A stretch of 64,000 nucleotides of DNA from NCBI RefSeq assembly GCF_004010195.1, contig NC_057749.1, forward strand, positions 21,478,370 through 21,542,369. The letters are read 5' to 3'. The position numbers were made by a program, and so were the translations under genes. Every line of letters starts with the position of its first letter. Position 1 is the first letter of the stretch. Positions 37,920-52,419 of this stretch are shown piece after piece. The notes beneath the pieces were generated by a model that saw nothing but the letters and a program-made list of their open reading frames with translations, did no database searches and had not been told where the DNA came from. The DNA is from Chiloscyllium plagiosum. Taxonomy: Eukaryota.

Positions 37920-39030
37920 ATTAGTCCACTGCTTTTCGTCCTCTATAAAAATGATTTGGATGTGAGCATAAGAGGTCTAGTTCGTAAGTTTGTAGATGAC
38001 ACCAAAATTGGAGATGTAGTGGATAGCGAAGAAGGTTACCTCAGATTACAACAGGATCTTGATCAGATGGGCCAATGGGCTGAGGAGTGGCAGGTTGAGT
38101 TTAATTTAGATAAATGCTTTTGGGAAAGCAAATCTTAGCAGGACTTATACACTTGATGGTAAGGTCCTAGGGAGTGTTGCTGAACAAAGAGACCTTGGAG
38201 TGCAGGTTCATAGCTCCTTGAAAGTGGAGTCGCAGGTAGATAGGATAGTGAAGAAGGCGTTTGGTATGCTAACCTTTATTGGTCAGAGTATTGAGTACAG
38301 GAGTTGGGAGGTTGTGTTGCGGCCGTACAGGATGTTGGTAAGCCACTGTTGGAATATTGCATACAATTCTGGTCTCCTTCATATTGCAAGGATGTTGCGA
38401 AACTTGAAAGGGTTCAGAAAAGATTTACAAGGATTTTGTCAGGGTTGGAGGATTTGAGCTGTAGGGAGAGGTTGAATAGGCTGGGGCTGTTTTCCCTGGA
38501 GCATTGGAGGATGAGGGATGACCTTATAGAAGTTTATAAAATCATGCCGGGCATGGATAGGGTAAATAGACAATTTACCCTGAAGAAGGGCTTATGCCCG
38601 AAACGTCGATTCTCCTGTTCCCTGGATGCTGCCTGACCTGCTGCGCTTTTCCAGCAACACATCTCCGGCTCTGATCTCCAGCATCTGCAGACCTCACTTT
38701 CTCCCTAAAGAGACAATGTCTTTTCACTGGGGTGGAGGAGTCCAGAACTGGATGGCATAGGTTTAGGGTGAGAGAGGAAAGATATAAAAGAGATCTGAAG
38801 GGCAACGTTTTCACACAGAAGGATGGTGTGTGTGTGGAATGGGCTGCCAGAGGAAGTGGTGGAGGCTGAAACAATTGCAACATTTAAAAGGCATCTGGAT
38901 GGGTCTATGAATAGGAAAGGTTAGGGAGGGATATGGGCTGGGTACTAGATTGGGTTAGGATATTGGTTGGCACGGATGAGTTGGACCGAAGGGTCTGTTT
39001 CTGTGTTGTACATCTCTACGACTCTGTAAC
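37920..39030 (+). mobile_element. CR1 RT/3' end with a pLTR insertion at about 38578-38705
   Basis: KFVDDTKIG, LEYCIQFWSP, RLGLFSLE motifs. Confidence 0.88.
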
Positions 39031-41184
39031 CATACCTCTGATGTTCACATCCAAATCATTGATATAAATGACGAAAAGTAGTGGACCCAACACTGATCCT
39101 TCTGGCACATCACCAGTCACAGGCCTCCTGTCTGAAAAGCAACCCTCCACCATCACCCTCTGTCTTCTACCTTTGAGCCAGTTTTGTATCCAAATGGATA
39201 GTTCTCCCTGTATTTCTCCAATGTGAAGACTAAGTCAAATTACTTGGTGAACCCCTCTGGCATTTCCGGGTTTTCCATTGTTAGTTCCCTAGCCGTATTC
39301 TTTAAGCAGTCTGTGTTCATTTGCTCTTCCCCTTTACATATTTAATGAAGCTCTTACAGCCTGTTTCTGTTACTTGCTAGGTTACTTTCCAAGTTTCTTC
39401 TCTCCCTCTTCCTTGGTCATCTCTTGTTGGCTTTTAAAACCAGAAAAGGCGGTTCAATGTGGCTGTTGTGAACGTTTGAAGGTATTTTCATTCATTTAAG
39501 AGCTAGCTAACATTTCCTCATGACTCACTGCTGCGCGGTTCAAAAATTACGTTGATCTCTTTTGTACACCTTCGAACACCAGATTGCAATGGTGTTAACT
39601 TTTCAATGGGAAAATGTACCCACAAGGAACAGCCTAGAATTTCTCTTCTCGGAAGTTTCCACCTCAGTGTACAACAGCAAGAGTTGGGGTGGAGTGTGAC
39701 CTCACAGTCTGGTTTCTGGTTAAGCCCACAAAAGTACAAAGTGTTGAAGGAATGCAGCAGCATCTGTGGAGAGAGTTAACATTTCGAGTCTGGTATGATT
39801 TAGATTAGATTAGATTAGATTACTTACAGTGTGGAAACAGGCCCTTCGGCCCAACAAGTCCACAACACCCCGCCGAAGCGCAACCCACCCATACCCCTAC
39901 ATTTACCCCTTACCTAACACTATGGGCAATTTAGCATGGCCAATTCACCTGACCTGCACATCTTTGGACTGTGGGAGGAAACCGGAGCACCCGGAGGAAA
40001 CCCACGCAGACACGGGGAGAACGTGCAAACTCCACACAGTCAGTGGCCTGAGGCAGGTATTCTTCAGAACTCACTCTGTTGAAGCCCGCTGACCATCGCG
40101 TCAATATAAAACATCACCATAATCCCATCGCTCATTCAAAAGAGATGACTGGTGGTAGTTTAACCTGAGGGTCACCATGCCTCAGGAAAGGGGAGAGGCT
40201 GAGAAGGCAGGAATCTCATAGTACCCTCAGCCTGTGCATAATCTGAACTTGGGCTGTAAACGACACTCAATGTTGCAAACCAGCCGTATCACCAACTGAG
40301 AGAAAGTGAGGGCTGCAGATGCTGGAGATCAGAGTCAAAAAGTGTGGTCCTGGAAAAGCACCTGAGGAAGTCCTGGTTGAAGGGCTTATGCCTGAAATGT
40401 TGACTCACCTGCTCCTTGATGCCGCCTGATTGGCTATACTTTACCAGCACCACACTGTATCACCAACTGAACTGACCGACCCACTCTGACCAACATCAAA
40501 GTAAAAATGAATTCATTGCCAATCTCAGATCTTTCACAATGTTTTGTCTTTCCATAAATCCCTGGGTGGAATGTTTACACAGGCATTAAAGTTAGGAAGG
40601 GACTGTCTTATGAAAAGGTTGAGTAGGTTGGGCCCTTATTTCATTGAGGTTGAAAGAAGGAGGGGTGATCTTATTGAATGATCCAAGATCCTTAGAAAAC
40701 TTGACAGGTTAGTTGCATAAAGGCTGTTTCCCCTTGTGGGAGAGTCTCGGAGCACAGTACATCATCTCAGAATAAGGGATCACTCCTTTGTAAGGTGGAG
40801 AGATGAAGTGGACAATCTTCACTCTCAGGGTTGTGAAACTGTAGACGTCAGAGATTTGACCCAGTGTTGACAAGTGAGTAAGAACCGATGGTGGTGACAT
40901 GGGCTGAAGTGGAGGGTGTGATGGTGGGTGTAGCAGTTTCCCAGTTGGCCGAACTGGATATAGATGCTCTATTGTGGTGGCTGTCACTAGATGTGATAAT
41001 CACTCAGGACCAAGAGGAAATCTGTGTCACTCCTTCCCAGCACACTCTCGATGATGGAGAGAGAATAGAGGAAGTCACCGCTAACATGAATGGATTTATG
41101 CGACAGAAAATTGTAGTTAGGCCTCTCTGCCATTTTCTAATGGTTAGAAGATAAGATGTCCATCTGAACAACGTACTATTGACT

Positions 41185-41882
41185 TACAATATACAAAGAT
41201 CTGATGACGAACAGAGATGAACAGAGAGATCTCGGTGTCCGGTGCATTAATTCCTGAAAGTTGCCACCCAGGTTGATAGAGTTGTTAAGAAGGCGTTTAT
41301 TGGTTCGGGGATTGAGGTTCGGAGCCACGAGGTCATGCTGCAGCTGTACAAGACACTTGGAGTATTGCATGCGCTTCTGGTCACTGCATTATAGGAAGAA
41401 TGTGATAGCTTAGGAAAGGATTCAGAGGAGATTTACCAGGATGTTGCCTGGTATGGAATGAAGGTCTTATGAAGGAAAACTAAGGGAACTGAGGCTGTTT
41501 TCATTGGAGAGAAGAAGGTTGAGAGGTGACTTAATCGAGACATATGAGATAATCAGAGGATTAGATAAGGTGGACAGTGAGAGCCTTTTTTCTCAAATGT
41601 TGAAGGCTAACACGAGGGAATTAACTTTAAATTGAGGGGTGATAGATATAGGTCAGATATCAGGGGTAGTTTCTTTACTCAGAGAGTAGTCGGGGTGTGG
41701 TATGGCCTGCCTGCAGCAGTAGTTGACTAGCCAACATTAAGGGCATTTAAATGGGCATTGGACATACATATGGAAAATAATGGAACGGTGTAGGTTAGAT
41801 GGGCATCAGATTCATTTCACAGATTGGCGTAACATCGAGGGCCAAAGGGCGTGTACTGCGCTGGAACATTCTATGTTCTATC
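41185..41882 (+). mobile_element. CR1 LINE 3' fragment
   Basis: Degenerate ORF2 C-terminus and TTCTATG tail. Confidence 0.8.
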
Positions 41883-44704
41883 TGAGGTTTCTTGTCGAGG
41901 GCAGAGCTCTTTGGGGTGGTGTTCTCCTGATGCATTGGCAAGCACATGTTCGTTAACCTGTACCTGAGAGTCCCGAGATTATTCTGTAAAATAATCAATC
42001 TCAGAAATTTCATGTGACAAATGTTTGCCCACTCGCTTAACCTGTCTCTGTACCTCTGTAGTCTCTTTATGACCACTTGCCTCCCACCCGTTCACTGGTC
42101 ATTTGCTGATTTACATTCTGGTTAGCTGCTCATTTGCATGTTCCCTTAAAGTGATATTGCAACGAGAACATCAATATCTCCAAGAAATCAGATATATGGC
42201 ACAAAGCTTTGAAACAACATTGTTATCCTGAAAACACTGTAAAGTCAAGCTCCTGTCTATTTGCAGAAATTATAAGAGAAACAAATTCAAACGGACATTG
42301 TTCAGGATAGTGCATCTAGATCATGGCCCAGTTTGAGCTCAGTCCAGTTTTTCAGCCAAGTACTTCAATTAATGACATATCTGAACTCCCTGAATTACTG
42401 TACATTTTTGCTTTTTTGATCAAATATTGTGTGCAATTACTATTTTGTAATACTAAACCAGAAATTGCTGGTAAAATCTCAGCAGGGTCTGGCTGTATCT
42501 GTGGAGAGAAATCAGAATTAACGCTTCTGGTCCAGTGACCCTTCTTCAAATCTGTTCTGATCCATTGATAACTGTTCTTCAGTTCACTGGGTCTTTGAAT
42601 ATTTTTAAGGCAGACACAAGTACGTTCTTGACTGACAACGGAGTCAAAGGTTATCAGAGAGGCAGGAATGTGGAGTTGAAGCCACAGTCAGATCAGCCAC
42701 GGTCTTAATGAATGGCACAACAGGCTCAAGGGGATGAATGGACTACTTCTGATCCTAATTTGCACACTCAGTTAAACAAAGCATCAGAAAACTAATTCTG
42801 AAGAGTTCAAGGCATGACCGGCAGATCTGAGGTTGCAATGAGTCTTTCGGAGATGTCATGCCTGATCTGCTTGCTCAGGGCAATGTGAAAGATCCCAGGT
42901 CTTTGAGTTACCTTAGGTCAGAAATAATCTCATTTGACTCCAAATGCTGAAATCTCATTTCTTGTATTTCTCTTACCTCTCCGTGGGACGGAAAGGATGA
43001 GCGATATTATCACTTTCTTACTGTGAGCAGAAAGGACAAAAGAGTACAACATCCAACAGGCCTGAACAACAGGGGTACAAAGTTAAAATAGGGTTAGTGT
43101 CCAGTTCAAAGAGGAAGATAAAGGACTGTACAGTTCTCCGGGTGACCAATAGCAGATGTACATATTGCAGATATTTTGGGGTTCTGGTATTCAGATCATA
43201 GAATCCCAACAGTGTGGAAGCAGGCCATTTGGTTCATCACTGACCGTCCGAAGAGCATCCCAACCCAGATCCATCTCCATACCCTATCTCTCCAACCCTG
43301 CATTTCCCATGGCTAACCCACCTAGCCTGCACATCACTGGACACTATGGACAATTTAGCCTGGCCAATCCACCCTAACCTGCACATCTTTGAACTATCAG
43401 AGAAAGCAAGAACACCTGGAGGAAGCCCATGCAGACATGGGGGAAATGTGCAAACTCGATACAGACAGTTTCCTGAGCTGGTGTCGAAGTCAGGTCCCTG
43501 CCGCTGTGCGGCAGCTGTGTTAGTCATTGAGCCGCTGTGGTGCACCTAATACCAATAGACTGTAGATTCAATTCCAAGTCCAAAAGACTCAAGTATGTCA
43601 CCTAGGCTGATAATGCAGTGCCCAGTGAGTGATACATTGTTGCCTACTTTCAGCTGAGGTGTTAAACAGAGGCCCAGTCTGCCATCTCAGGTAGGTATAA
43701 AATATGTGTCTGTAATATGCTTTGCCACTGGACTTTGTCCCCCTAGCAAAACAGAGGGAGAGAGAAAGAGGGAGGGAGAGAGTGAGGCAGGCACAGAGAG
43801 AAGGAGGGAGAGGTGGAGAGAGGGAGGCAGGGAGAGAGAGAGAGGGAGGGAGAGAGGGAGAGAGAGACCAAGAACCTAATTCACTTCCAGTCACAAATGT
43901 ATTGCCCTGAGCTGCTTTGAGCGTTTCCTTGAAATATGATTTATTTGTGTATTCTCTGGCTTCAAAATCACTAAGCCTGTCAATTGCAAGTCGTGTCTTT
44001 CACCAGAAAAAAACCCTGTCATACTTGGCACATTTGACTATCATCCCAGACTGTACCCTTAAACCTTGGAGTCTGGCTTGAATCTTCTGACTGAGGTGTG
44101 CAAGTGATCCAGACTGACTCAAGTTGCTGACTTGAGGTGTTGGTTGGGTGGAGGATAGATGAGAATTTTATTTCACAGTGCCGGGCTCAGGTTAGCGTCT
44201 CACCTGCACAAGGTGTGCTTCAGAACAAACCCTCAAACCATCACTCTTAGTCCAAGTTGTGAAACATCATCTTTTTATATTATACTTCCACATAACTAGA
44301 GGGAGGTTGTGATGTAGTGATAATACTCCCAGTCTAGACTAGCAGTGCAGAGCCTCAGGCTAATGAAGTGGAGGCAGGGATTGATGGTAGATGATGAAAT
44401 TTGTCTTTAATTTTAAAATCCGGAATTAAAAACCAGCCAGCTCCGGCCTGAGGATATCAAAGGCAAATGGTCATCGCCTGCTCTTTCTTAGCCTTCATCA
44501 TGAAGTTTCTGGAAAGTAGATATGATCAACTGCGTCCAAAAAAAACAACTAATACAATCTAAAAAAGGGCATACTTAAAATCTGAATGAATTTCCCAAAA
44601 CCTTGTTTTTGTTTCGTTCAACTGAACCAGATTGTGTTACATAGTTTCAGGGAATTGGACACAAACTGCCAATTAACCCATCATGCTCATGCTGGTCAGA
44701 CACA

Positions 44705-47700
44705 GCCAGAAAGTCCTACAGCACGGAGACAAGGCCCTTCGGCCCAACTGGTCCATGCTGACTAAAATTTCCATCCACACTAACCCCATTTCCCTACACT
44801 TGGCCCATATCCTTCTAGATCTTTCCTGTCTATGTATTTGTCCAAATGCCTTTTAAATGTTGTTAATGTACTCGCCTCAACCATTTTCACTGGCAGCTCA
44901 TTCCAGATGCGTACCACCCTCTGTGTAAAAAATGTTGCCCCTCAGGTTCCCTTTTATTCTTTCCCCTCTAACCTTAAACTGATGCCCTCTTATCTTCAAT
45001 TCCCTAACCATGAGAAAGACTGAGTGCATTCACTCTATCCATGCCTCTCATGATCTTATTCACTTCTATAAGGTGCCCCCTCAGTCTCCTATGCTCTAAA
45101 GAAAAAGTCCTAGCTTGTTCAGTCTTTTTCTTAAACTCAGACCCTTGAGTCCTGGCAACATCCTTATAAATTTCCTCTACACTCTTTCCAGTTTATCAGA
45201 CCCTTGAGTCCTGGCAACATCCTTATAAATTTCCTCTACACTCTTTCCAGTTTAATAACATCCTTCCTATAACAAGGTGACCAAACGTGAGTGCAATACT
45301 CCAAGTGCAGCCTCACCAACGTCTTGTATAACTGCACCATATCTTCCCAACTTCTCTACTCAGTGCCCTGACTAATGAAGGCTAGTGTGCCAAAAGCCGC
45401 CTTCACTGCCCTGTCTACCTGGGATTCCACTTTCAGAGAACTGTGCCCCTGAACTCCAAGGTCCCTCTGTTCCACTACACTCCTTAAGGCCCTGCCATTC
45501 ACCAAGAAACTCCTATTTTGATTTGACTTCCCAGAATGCAAGACCTCACACTCATCTATATTAAATTCTATTTCCCATTTCTCGGCCCACTTCCCCAGCT
45601 GATCAAGGTCCTGCTGCAATTTCTGATAACTGTCCACAATATCACTTATTTTAGTGTCATCCACAAACTTACTAATCATGACTTGTACATTGTCTGCCAA
45701 CTCATTGATTATAGATAACAAACAGCAATGGGCCCAACACTGACCCCTGAGGCACTCCACAAGTCACAGGCGTCCAGTCTGACAAGCATCCTTCCACTAT
45801 TACCCTCTGCTTCTGACCATCCAGCCAATTCGCCAGCTCTCCCTGGATTCATTGTGATCTAACCTTCCAGAGCAGCCTACCATGTGTAACCTTATCAAAG
45901 ACCTTACTGAAATCCATATAGATTACATCTACCGCCCTGCCCTCGTTAACCTTCCTGGTCACTTCGTCAAAGGACTCTAACAAATTTGTGAGGCATGATC
46001 TCCACACCATGCTGATTACACCTACTCAAACCCTGTCTTCCCAAATGCATGTATATCTTATCTCTCAGAGTCTTCTCAAGTAACTTACCCACCACAGATG
46101 TTAAGCTCACTGCTCTATAGTTCCCAGGCTTTTCTTTGTAGCCCTTCTTGAATAAGGACACAACTTTCGCTACTCTCCAGTCTTCTGGGACCTCACCCGT
46201 GACTAATGATGATGCTAAAAATATCAGCCAGGGCCCCCACAATTCTTCTCTATCTTCCTTGAGTATAGAAGTTGGGAGGTCATGTTGCAGCTGTATAGGA
46301 CATTAGTTAGGCCACTTTTGGAATACTGAGTGCAATTCTGGTCTCCTTCCTATTGGAAGGACTTTGCAAAACTTGAAAGGGTTGAGAAAAGATTTGTAAG
46401 GATGTTGCCAGGGTTGGTGGGTTTGAGCTATAGAGAGAGGCTGAATAGGCTGGGGCTGTTTTCCCTGGAGTGTTGGAGGCTGAGGGGTGACCTTATAGAG
46501 GTTTACAAAATTATGAGGGGCATGGATAGGGTAAATAGACAAAGTCTTTTCTCTGGGGTGGGGGAGTCCAGAACTAGAGGGCATAGGTTTAGGGTGAGAG
46601 GGGAAAGATATAAAAGAGACCTAAGGGACAACTTTTTCACGCAGCGGGTGGTGCATGTATGGAATGGGCTGCCAGTGGAAATGGTGGAGGCTGGTACAAT
46701 TGCAACATTTAAAAGGCATCTGGATGGGTCTATGAATAGGAAGGGTTTGGAGGGATATGGGCCGGGTGCTGGCAGGTGGGACTAGATTGGGTTAGGATAT
46801 CAGTCGGCACGGACGGGTTGGACCGAAGGGTCTGTTTCTGTGCTGTACACCACAATGACTCTATAACTATACCTCTGGTGTGTGTACGGAATGAGCTGCC
46901 AGAGGAAGTGGTGGAGGCTGGTACAATTACAACATTTAAAAGGCATCTGGATGGGAATATGAATGCAAAGGGTTTAGAGTGTTATGGGCAAGGTGCTAGC
47001 AAATGGACTAGATTAGGTTAGGACATCTGATCGGCATGGACGAATTGGACTGAGGGTCTGTTTCTGTGCTGTACGTCTCTATGACTCTATGACTCTGGCA
47101 GTCTTTTTGGATGTACCTGATCAGGATCAGGTGATTTATCCACCTTCACATATTCTAACACATCCGACACCTCCTCTACTGTGATATAGACTGTCCCTAA
47201 GATATCAGCACTAACTTCCCCAAGTTCACCAGTCTTCAGGTCTTTCTCCATCGTAAACACAGAGGAGAAATATTCATTGAGGACCTCCATTGATCTCCTG
47301 CGGTTCTACACAATCATGATCCTTCAGGGGTCCTATTCTCTCCCTAGTTATTCTTTTTTCCTTCAATAAAATTAAAGAACCTCTTTGGATTCACCCTACT
47401 CTTCTCAGCCAAGGCTACCTTGTGCCCCCTGTTTGCCTTCCTGATTTCCTTCAGTAAACTCCTGTAGCCCCTGTATACCTCCAGGGATTCCCTTAATCCC
47501 AGCTGCCTGTACCTGAGCCATGCCTCCTTCCTTTGAGGCAAAGCCTCAATATCTCTTGTCAGCCAGGGTTCCCTATTCCTGCCAACCTTGCCCTTCATCA
47601 ACAGGAACATATAGACCTTGAACTCCAGCTATCTTATTTTTAAAGGCCTTCCCATGTGCCAGAGGTCCCTTTGCCTGCAAACAAACTACTCCAGTCAACC

Positions 47701-49005
47701 CCTGCAAGCTCCCGTCTAATTTCAGCAGAATTCTCCCCGTGTCTGCGTGGGTTTTCTCCGGGTGCTCCGGTTTCCTCCCACAGTCCAAAGATGTGCAGGG
47801 TCAGGTGAATTGGCCATGCTAAATTGCCCATAGTGTTAGGTAAGGGGTAAATGTAGGGGTATGGGTGGGTTGCGCTTCGGCGGGTCGGTGTGGACTTGTT
47901 GGGCCGAGGGCCTTGTTTCCACACTGTAATCTAATCCAATCTAATCTAATCTAAACAGAGTCAATTCATCTTGCACCAGTTTTGTCCCTTTTTATAACTA
48001 TTTTAAAATTAATAGAACTATTGTCACTGGTCTCAAAGTACTCCCCTACTATTCCCTCAGTCACCCTGTCCTGCCCTATTTCCCAAGAATAGTTTGAGTT
48101 TTGCCCCTTCCCGTGTAGCACTCTCAATATCCTGTTTGAGGAAACTTTCCTGAACACACTTAACAAATTCCACCCTATCTATGCCCTTAATGCTCTGGCA
48201 GTCCCAGTCTATGTCAGGAAAATTAAAATCCCCTCCTATGATGATCCTGTTGCTCCTGCAAGTCTTCCCAATCTCCCTGCATATTTGTTCCTCTAATTCC
48301 CACTGACTATTTGGAGGCCTATAGTCCAACCCCAATAATGTCAACACCCCCTTCTTATTTCTTAACTCCACCCACAAAGCCTCACAGGATGATCCTTCAA
48401 TCATTTCATCTCTGCTGTGATACTCCCTTTAATCAAAAACAGGACTCCCCCTCCCTTCTTTCCACCACTTCTGTACCCTGGCACATTAAGCTGCCAGTCT
48501 TGTCCCTCCTTTAGCTATGTTTCTGTAATGGCTATAATATCCCAGTCCCACCTACCTATCCACACCCGGAGTTCATCCGCCTTATATGTCAGCCCTCTTG
48601 CACTGAAATAGATGCAATTTAATCCAACAGGGATTCCTCACTCCCTGTTGTGTTCTAGCCTGACCTGTCTCTTCACTTTACTATTTCTGATGACTGTATC
48701 TCCTTCCAGTCTCGCACTTGCCTCCCTGCTATTGAAGACCCCACCCCCCCTGTCAATCTAGTTTAAACCCTCGCATGAGCAAACCTGGTCACCAAGAGAT
48801 TGGTCCCCCTCCAGTTCCAGTGCAACCCGTCCCTCTTGAACAGGTCGCCTCTGCCCCAGAAAAGATCCCAATGATCTGAAACTCTGAATCCCTGCCAACT
48901 GAACCAATTCTTTAGTCACACACTCATCTGCCATAGCCTCCTGTTCTGACCCTCACTAGAATGTGGCACCGTAAGCAATGCGGAGATTATTACTGATGAG
49001 GTCCT
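44705..49005 (-). mobile_element. Near-complete CR1 ORF2 (APE + RT), interrupted by an antisense CR1 (46260-47090) and an HE1 SINE (47730-47953)
   Basis: APE EALWVELRNKKG..YRPPNS..GDFNFPDIDW (48057-48404); VPEDWRVAKVVSLFKKG..NYRAVSLTS (45967-46242); KFVDDTKI (45356-45760). Confidence 0.9.
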
Positions 49006-50089
49006 GGCTCTCTGAAAGATTTTGCTTTCCAAATTAAACTCAAATTATTGTTGATTGTTGTGAAAACGCATGTGGTCCCTTGAGAGAAAGAAAACAGCTA
49101 TTCTGGGCAACCATGTGACTTCAAACTCACAATGTGGTTGTGGTATTTTTAGGATGGGCGCTGAATGTTACCAGCAACTCCCAGATCCCATGGTCAAATA
49201 GCATTCTGCAATTTCCAAGCCACTGAAACATTGTGATCTGGGGTTTGTCATTCCATCCATTGCCTTGATGTGCAAACCCTTACCACTGTCTGCCTCAACT
49301 ATGTTGACGAAGGTGTCTGTGCATTTATTTTCAAACATGAACTGCAATTATGAGATAAAATAAAACTAAAGTTGTGAAATTTTCATCTTAAAACAAGTGC
49401 AGCTTTAGATAAATTCTGATATCAAGAAGTAAATGCTTATCATTGGACTCAGCATAATGTAAACAGGAAAAGGGTTTTGAAATGTTTATGAACTTAATCG
49501 CGATGTGAAGAATACCGGGAGGCGGGGGGAGGGTTTGCTGCGTAAGTAGACATATTTCTAGAGGTTCAAGGTTGGTTGTTAGATGGAACAAACTTAATGT
49601 AGACAGAAGTAGATGGTAACTTTCAAAAGTGGATAAATACTTGAACACGAGGGAGCTTCAGGGTTATGAAGAAAGAGAGAAGAAGCTGGAACTGGAACTA
49701 ATTAGAAACCATCTTAACTATTGACAAATTTAACATAACGGCAATCTTATGACAAGAAACAAAGAAAGGGAGGACTTCCTGCAGACATTCAACTGACTGA
49801 TATGGCCTCTCCCTCTCCATTCTGGATACCTCCTTTGACTTTTGTTCCCTTGACTTCCTTCCCTCAACATATCTGCCTGTGTCGAGTCTCAGCTTTGACT
49901 TGTTCCGTCAAATCTTACTTACTTTTAATTAATTAATTAGCACTTAATTGGTCTTAAACAAAGACCCTGAATCATATTGTTTTGCCCATGAATCACGTGA
50001 ATATGGCAACTCTCAGTCCAGTTGCACGTTTCACACTGGTCCTGACCTTTGATTGCTCAATAGAAGAAATTTGGACTATTGTAGGGTTA

Positions 50090-50510
50090 TCATGCTCTTC
50101 TTTGGTCTGATTTTGTCTTTCAAGCAAATGACCTAATGGCACTGATAGAGTCTATTTCTAACCTTCACTAGATATGTGCATGCACCTAATCTTTTTGCAA
50201 CTCCAGTCATGTACCTCACCGAATCACCTCAGTGGATTTGCAACATTACCTTATTGACCAGGACTGAATTTTCTTACCTGGCTTTACATTTTCCAGGTGA
50301 GGAGAACATTTCCTGGCTCCACGGGTCCAATCTTGTAAATAGTGATACACTGTGTCAGAGTTTTGTTTGGGATACCAGGATTCAGGGGAGTTGGTCTATG
50401 TGACCACGAATGAATACGGAGGCCATAAGATGTGAAGGTGGATTTTGTTTTGCAAGCTTTGGCTCAGTGGTCCAGCACTGGATTGTAATTTTTTTTAACG
50501 ATTGAAAACA
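50090..50510 (-). pseudogene. Degenerate ORF resembling the C-terminus of a Gypsy-type retroelement integrase
   Basis: ...RYMTGVAKRLGACTYLVKVRNRLYQCH resembles the G-x-V-x3-GPxxYxVxv-x5-H tail of Gypsy integrases. Confidence 0.4.
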
Positions 50511-50585
50511 AAAGGAAAGCTTCCCCACAAACCCACACAACATACACTTCCTAAATCTCATCAACACCACCTCATGCCCCCACTT

Positions 50586-50935
50586 TGGGGCAGCAGAGTG
50601 GCTCAGTGGTTAGTACTGCAGCCTCACAGTGCCAGGGACCTGCATTTGATTCCAGCCTCGGGCCACTATCTGTGTGGAGTTTGCACATTCTCCCTGTGTC
50701 TGTGTGGGTTTCCTCTGGATGCTCCGGTTTCCTCCCACAATCCAAAGATGTGCAGGTTAGGTGGATTGGCTGTGCTAAATTGCCCATTGCTTTCAGGGAT
50801 TTGTAGGCTAGGTGCATTAGTTAGGGGTAAATGTAGAGTGATAGGTGTAAGGGAATGGGTCTGGGTGGGTTACACTTCAGTGGGTCAGTGTGGACCTGTT
50901 GGGCCAAATGGCCTGTTACCACACTGTAGGGATTT
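50586..50935 (+). mobile_element. HE1-type V-SINE
   Basis: A/B boxes, V-domain, tail. Confidence 0.85.
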
Positions 50936-52218
50936 TAATTCTACCAACACCTTCTGCACACCTTTACTGACCACTTTCCAAAGCCTCTCATGTTCCATTT
51001 TTCCCTATGTTCCTCTACTTTGTTACTTCCAATCTCCTATACTGCTGCCTATCCAAGGTTCTTCACAGCCACTGTGTGTCAGCCAAGACCCAACTCATGC
51101 CCATAGCATATTTTAACTGCTATTTTAACAATACAACCCTGCTGGTACTTAACATGACAGAATTCAGGAATAATGCTGACAAAAAATTACGCTTTGCGTG
51201 TCTATTTATAATATAATTGTTTTAGAAACACACTCATTAATGAAAAAGAAAACATTTAATACATTGAAATTATTTCAATTAATCTCTTCTACAACCACTT
51301 GAAGCTGTTTATCTAACTGTTCAGCTAACAGGTACCCCACTATGAGAATAATAGGCTATTAAGCCAGACATACAGCACCAAATCTTTAATAATCGTCTTC
51401 ATGGTTTTATGAACAGAGTAAGACAGAAACGCAAAAACAGAAATTCCTTGACCCTTCAAAGCGTCATTGGACCCGAAACGTTATCTCTGATATCTCTTCA
51501 CAGATGCTGTGAGACCTGCTGAGTTTTTCCAGCAATTTTTGTTTTTGTTTCTGATTTCCAGCAGCTGCAGTTTTTTTTTTGGTTTGTAATTAAGATAGAA
51601 AAGCACTGATTTTGCTTTAAACTCCAAATAAAAAATGCACAGCAGAACTAAATCTCTTGATAACTTGATCAGTGTTTAAAATTCCAAAGAGTTTTGATAG
51701 TTCCAGTGAATTTTGACAATCCCTTAACAGTTTTGACAGCTCTTTGACACTTTGCTACTTCTTTGACTGTTCCTTAAGAGCTTGGAAAGTTTTCAATTCT
51801 ATGCACATTTTATACACCTTCATGTTTACTTTCAATGATACAAATATCTTTCAATATCCCTGGAACCAGTTCCACAAGAGCACATTACCCCTGCAAAATA
51901 GATAACAAAAATGAATCCATAAGGTTCTACCCTGCTATAACCAGGTCTAATTTGCAAACTTTGGGTTTGAGATGCAGAACTTATGGAGATCAAACATAAG
52001 TGGAGGTAGCCACAGCTTTATATAAGCAGTTGCTCAGGAAACCAAGGATATGAAATCTGGAGCCTGTCCCTATTTCCCCACTCCGTGAAAATGGCAGCGG
52101 TCAACTTTGGGAGAGAGACTTTCTGATTTGGACAGGGAGCTTCTCCATGAAACTTTCGGTGCAAAAACTTCATGCCTCATCTTCACTTCGTCTTGCCTTC
52201 ACTTACTTGAAGTCAGGA

Positions 52219-52419
52219 TTTGGCGATGCCGGTATTGGACTGGGGTGTACAAAGTTAAAACTCACACAACACCAGGTTATAGTCCAAAGGTTTAATTGGA
52301 AGCACTAGCTTTCGGAGCGTCGCTCCTTCATCACCTGATGAAGGAGTGGTGCTCCGAAAGCTAGTGTGCTTCCAATTAAACCTGTTGGACTATAACCTGG
52401 TGTTCTGTGATTTTTAACT
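52219..52419. mobile_element. Palindromic PLE-derived mini-element (second family) with a hammerhead core
   Basis: Inverted arms, TSD TTGAAGTCAGGA; CAC-CTGATGA-aGGAGtggtgCTCC-GAAA-GCTA-GTG at 52332-52366. Confidence 0.8.
52332..52366 (+). ncRNA. Minimal type I hammerhead ribozyme motif
   Basis: Conserved CUGAUGA and GAAA cores, stem II GGAG/CUCC, palindromic AGCU stem III, stem I CAC/GUG. Confidence 0.65.

Noticed and set aside
43755..43867. Purine-rich ORF-like tract (REGGRE repeats)
   Set aside because: Low-complexity (GA/GGGA)n repeat.
45137..45254. 59-bp tandem duplication inside a CR1; doubled CR1 tail at 46655-47090; 17-bp duplication at about 55752-55786
   Set aside because: Ordinary slippage or TE-tail events with no sign of function.
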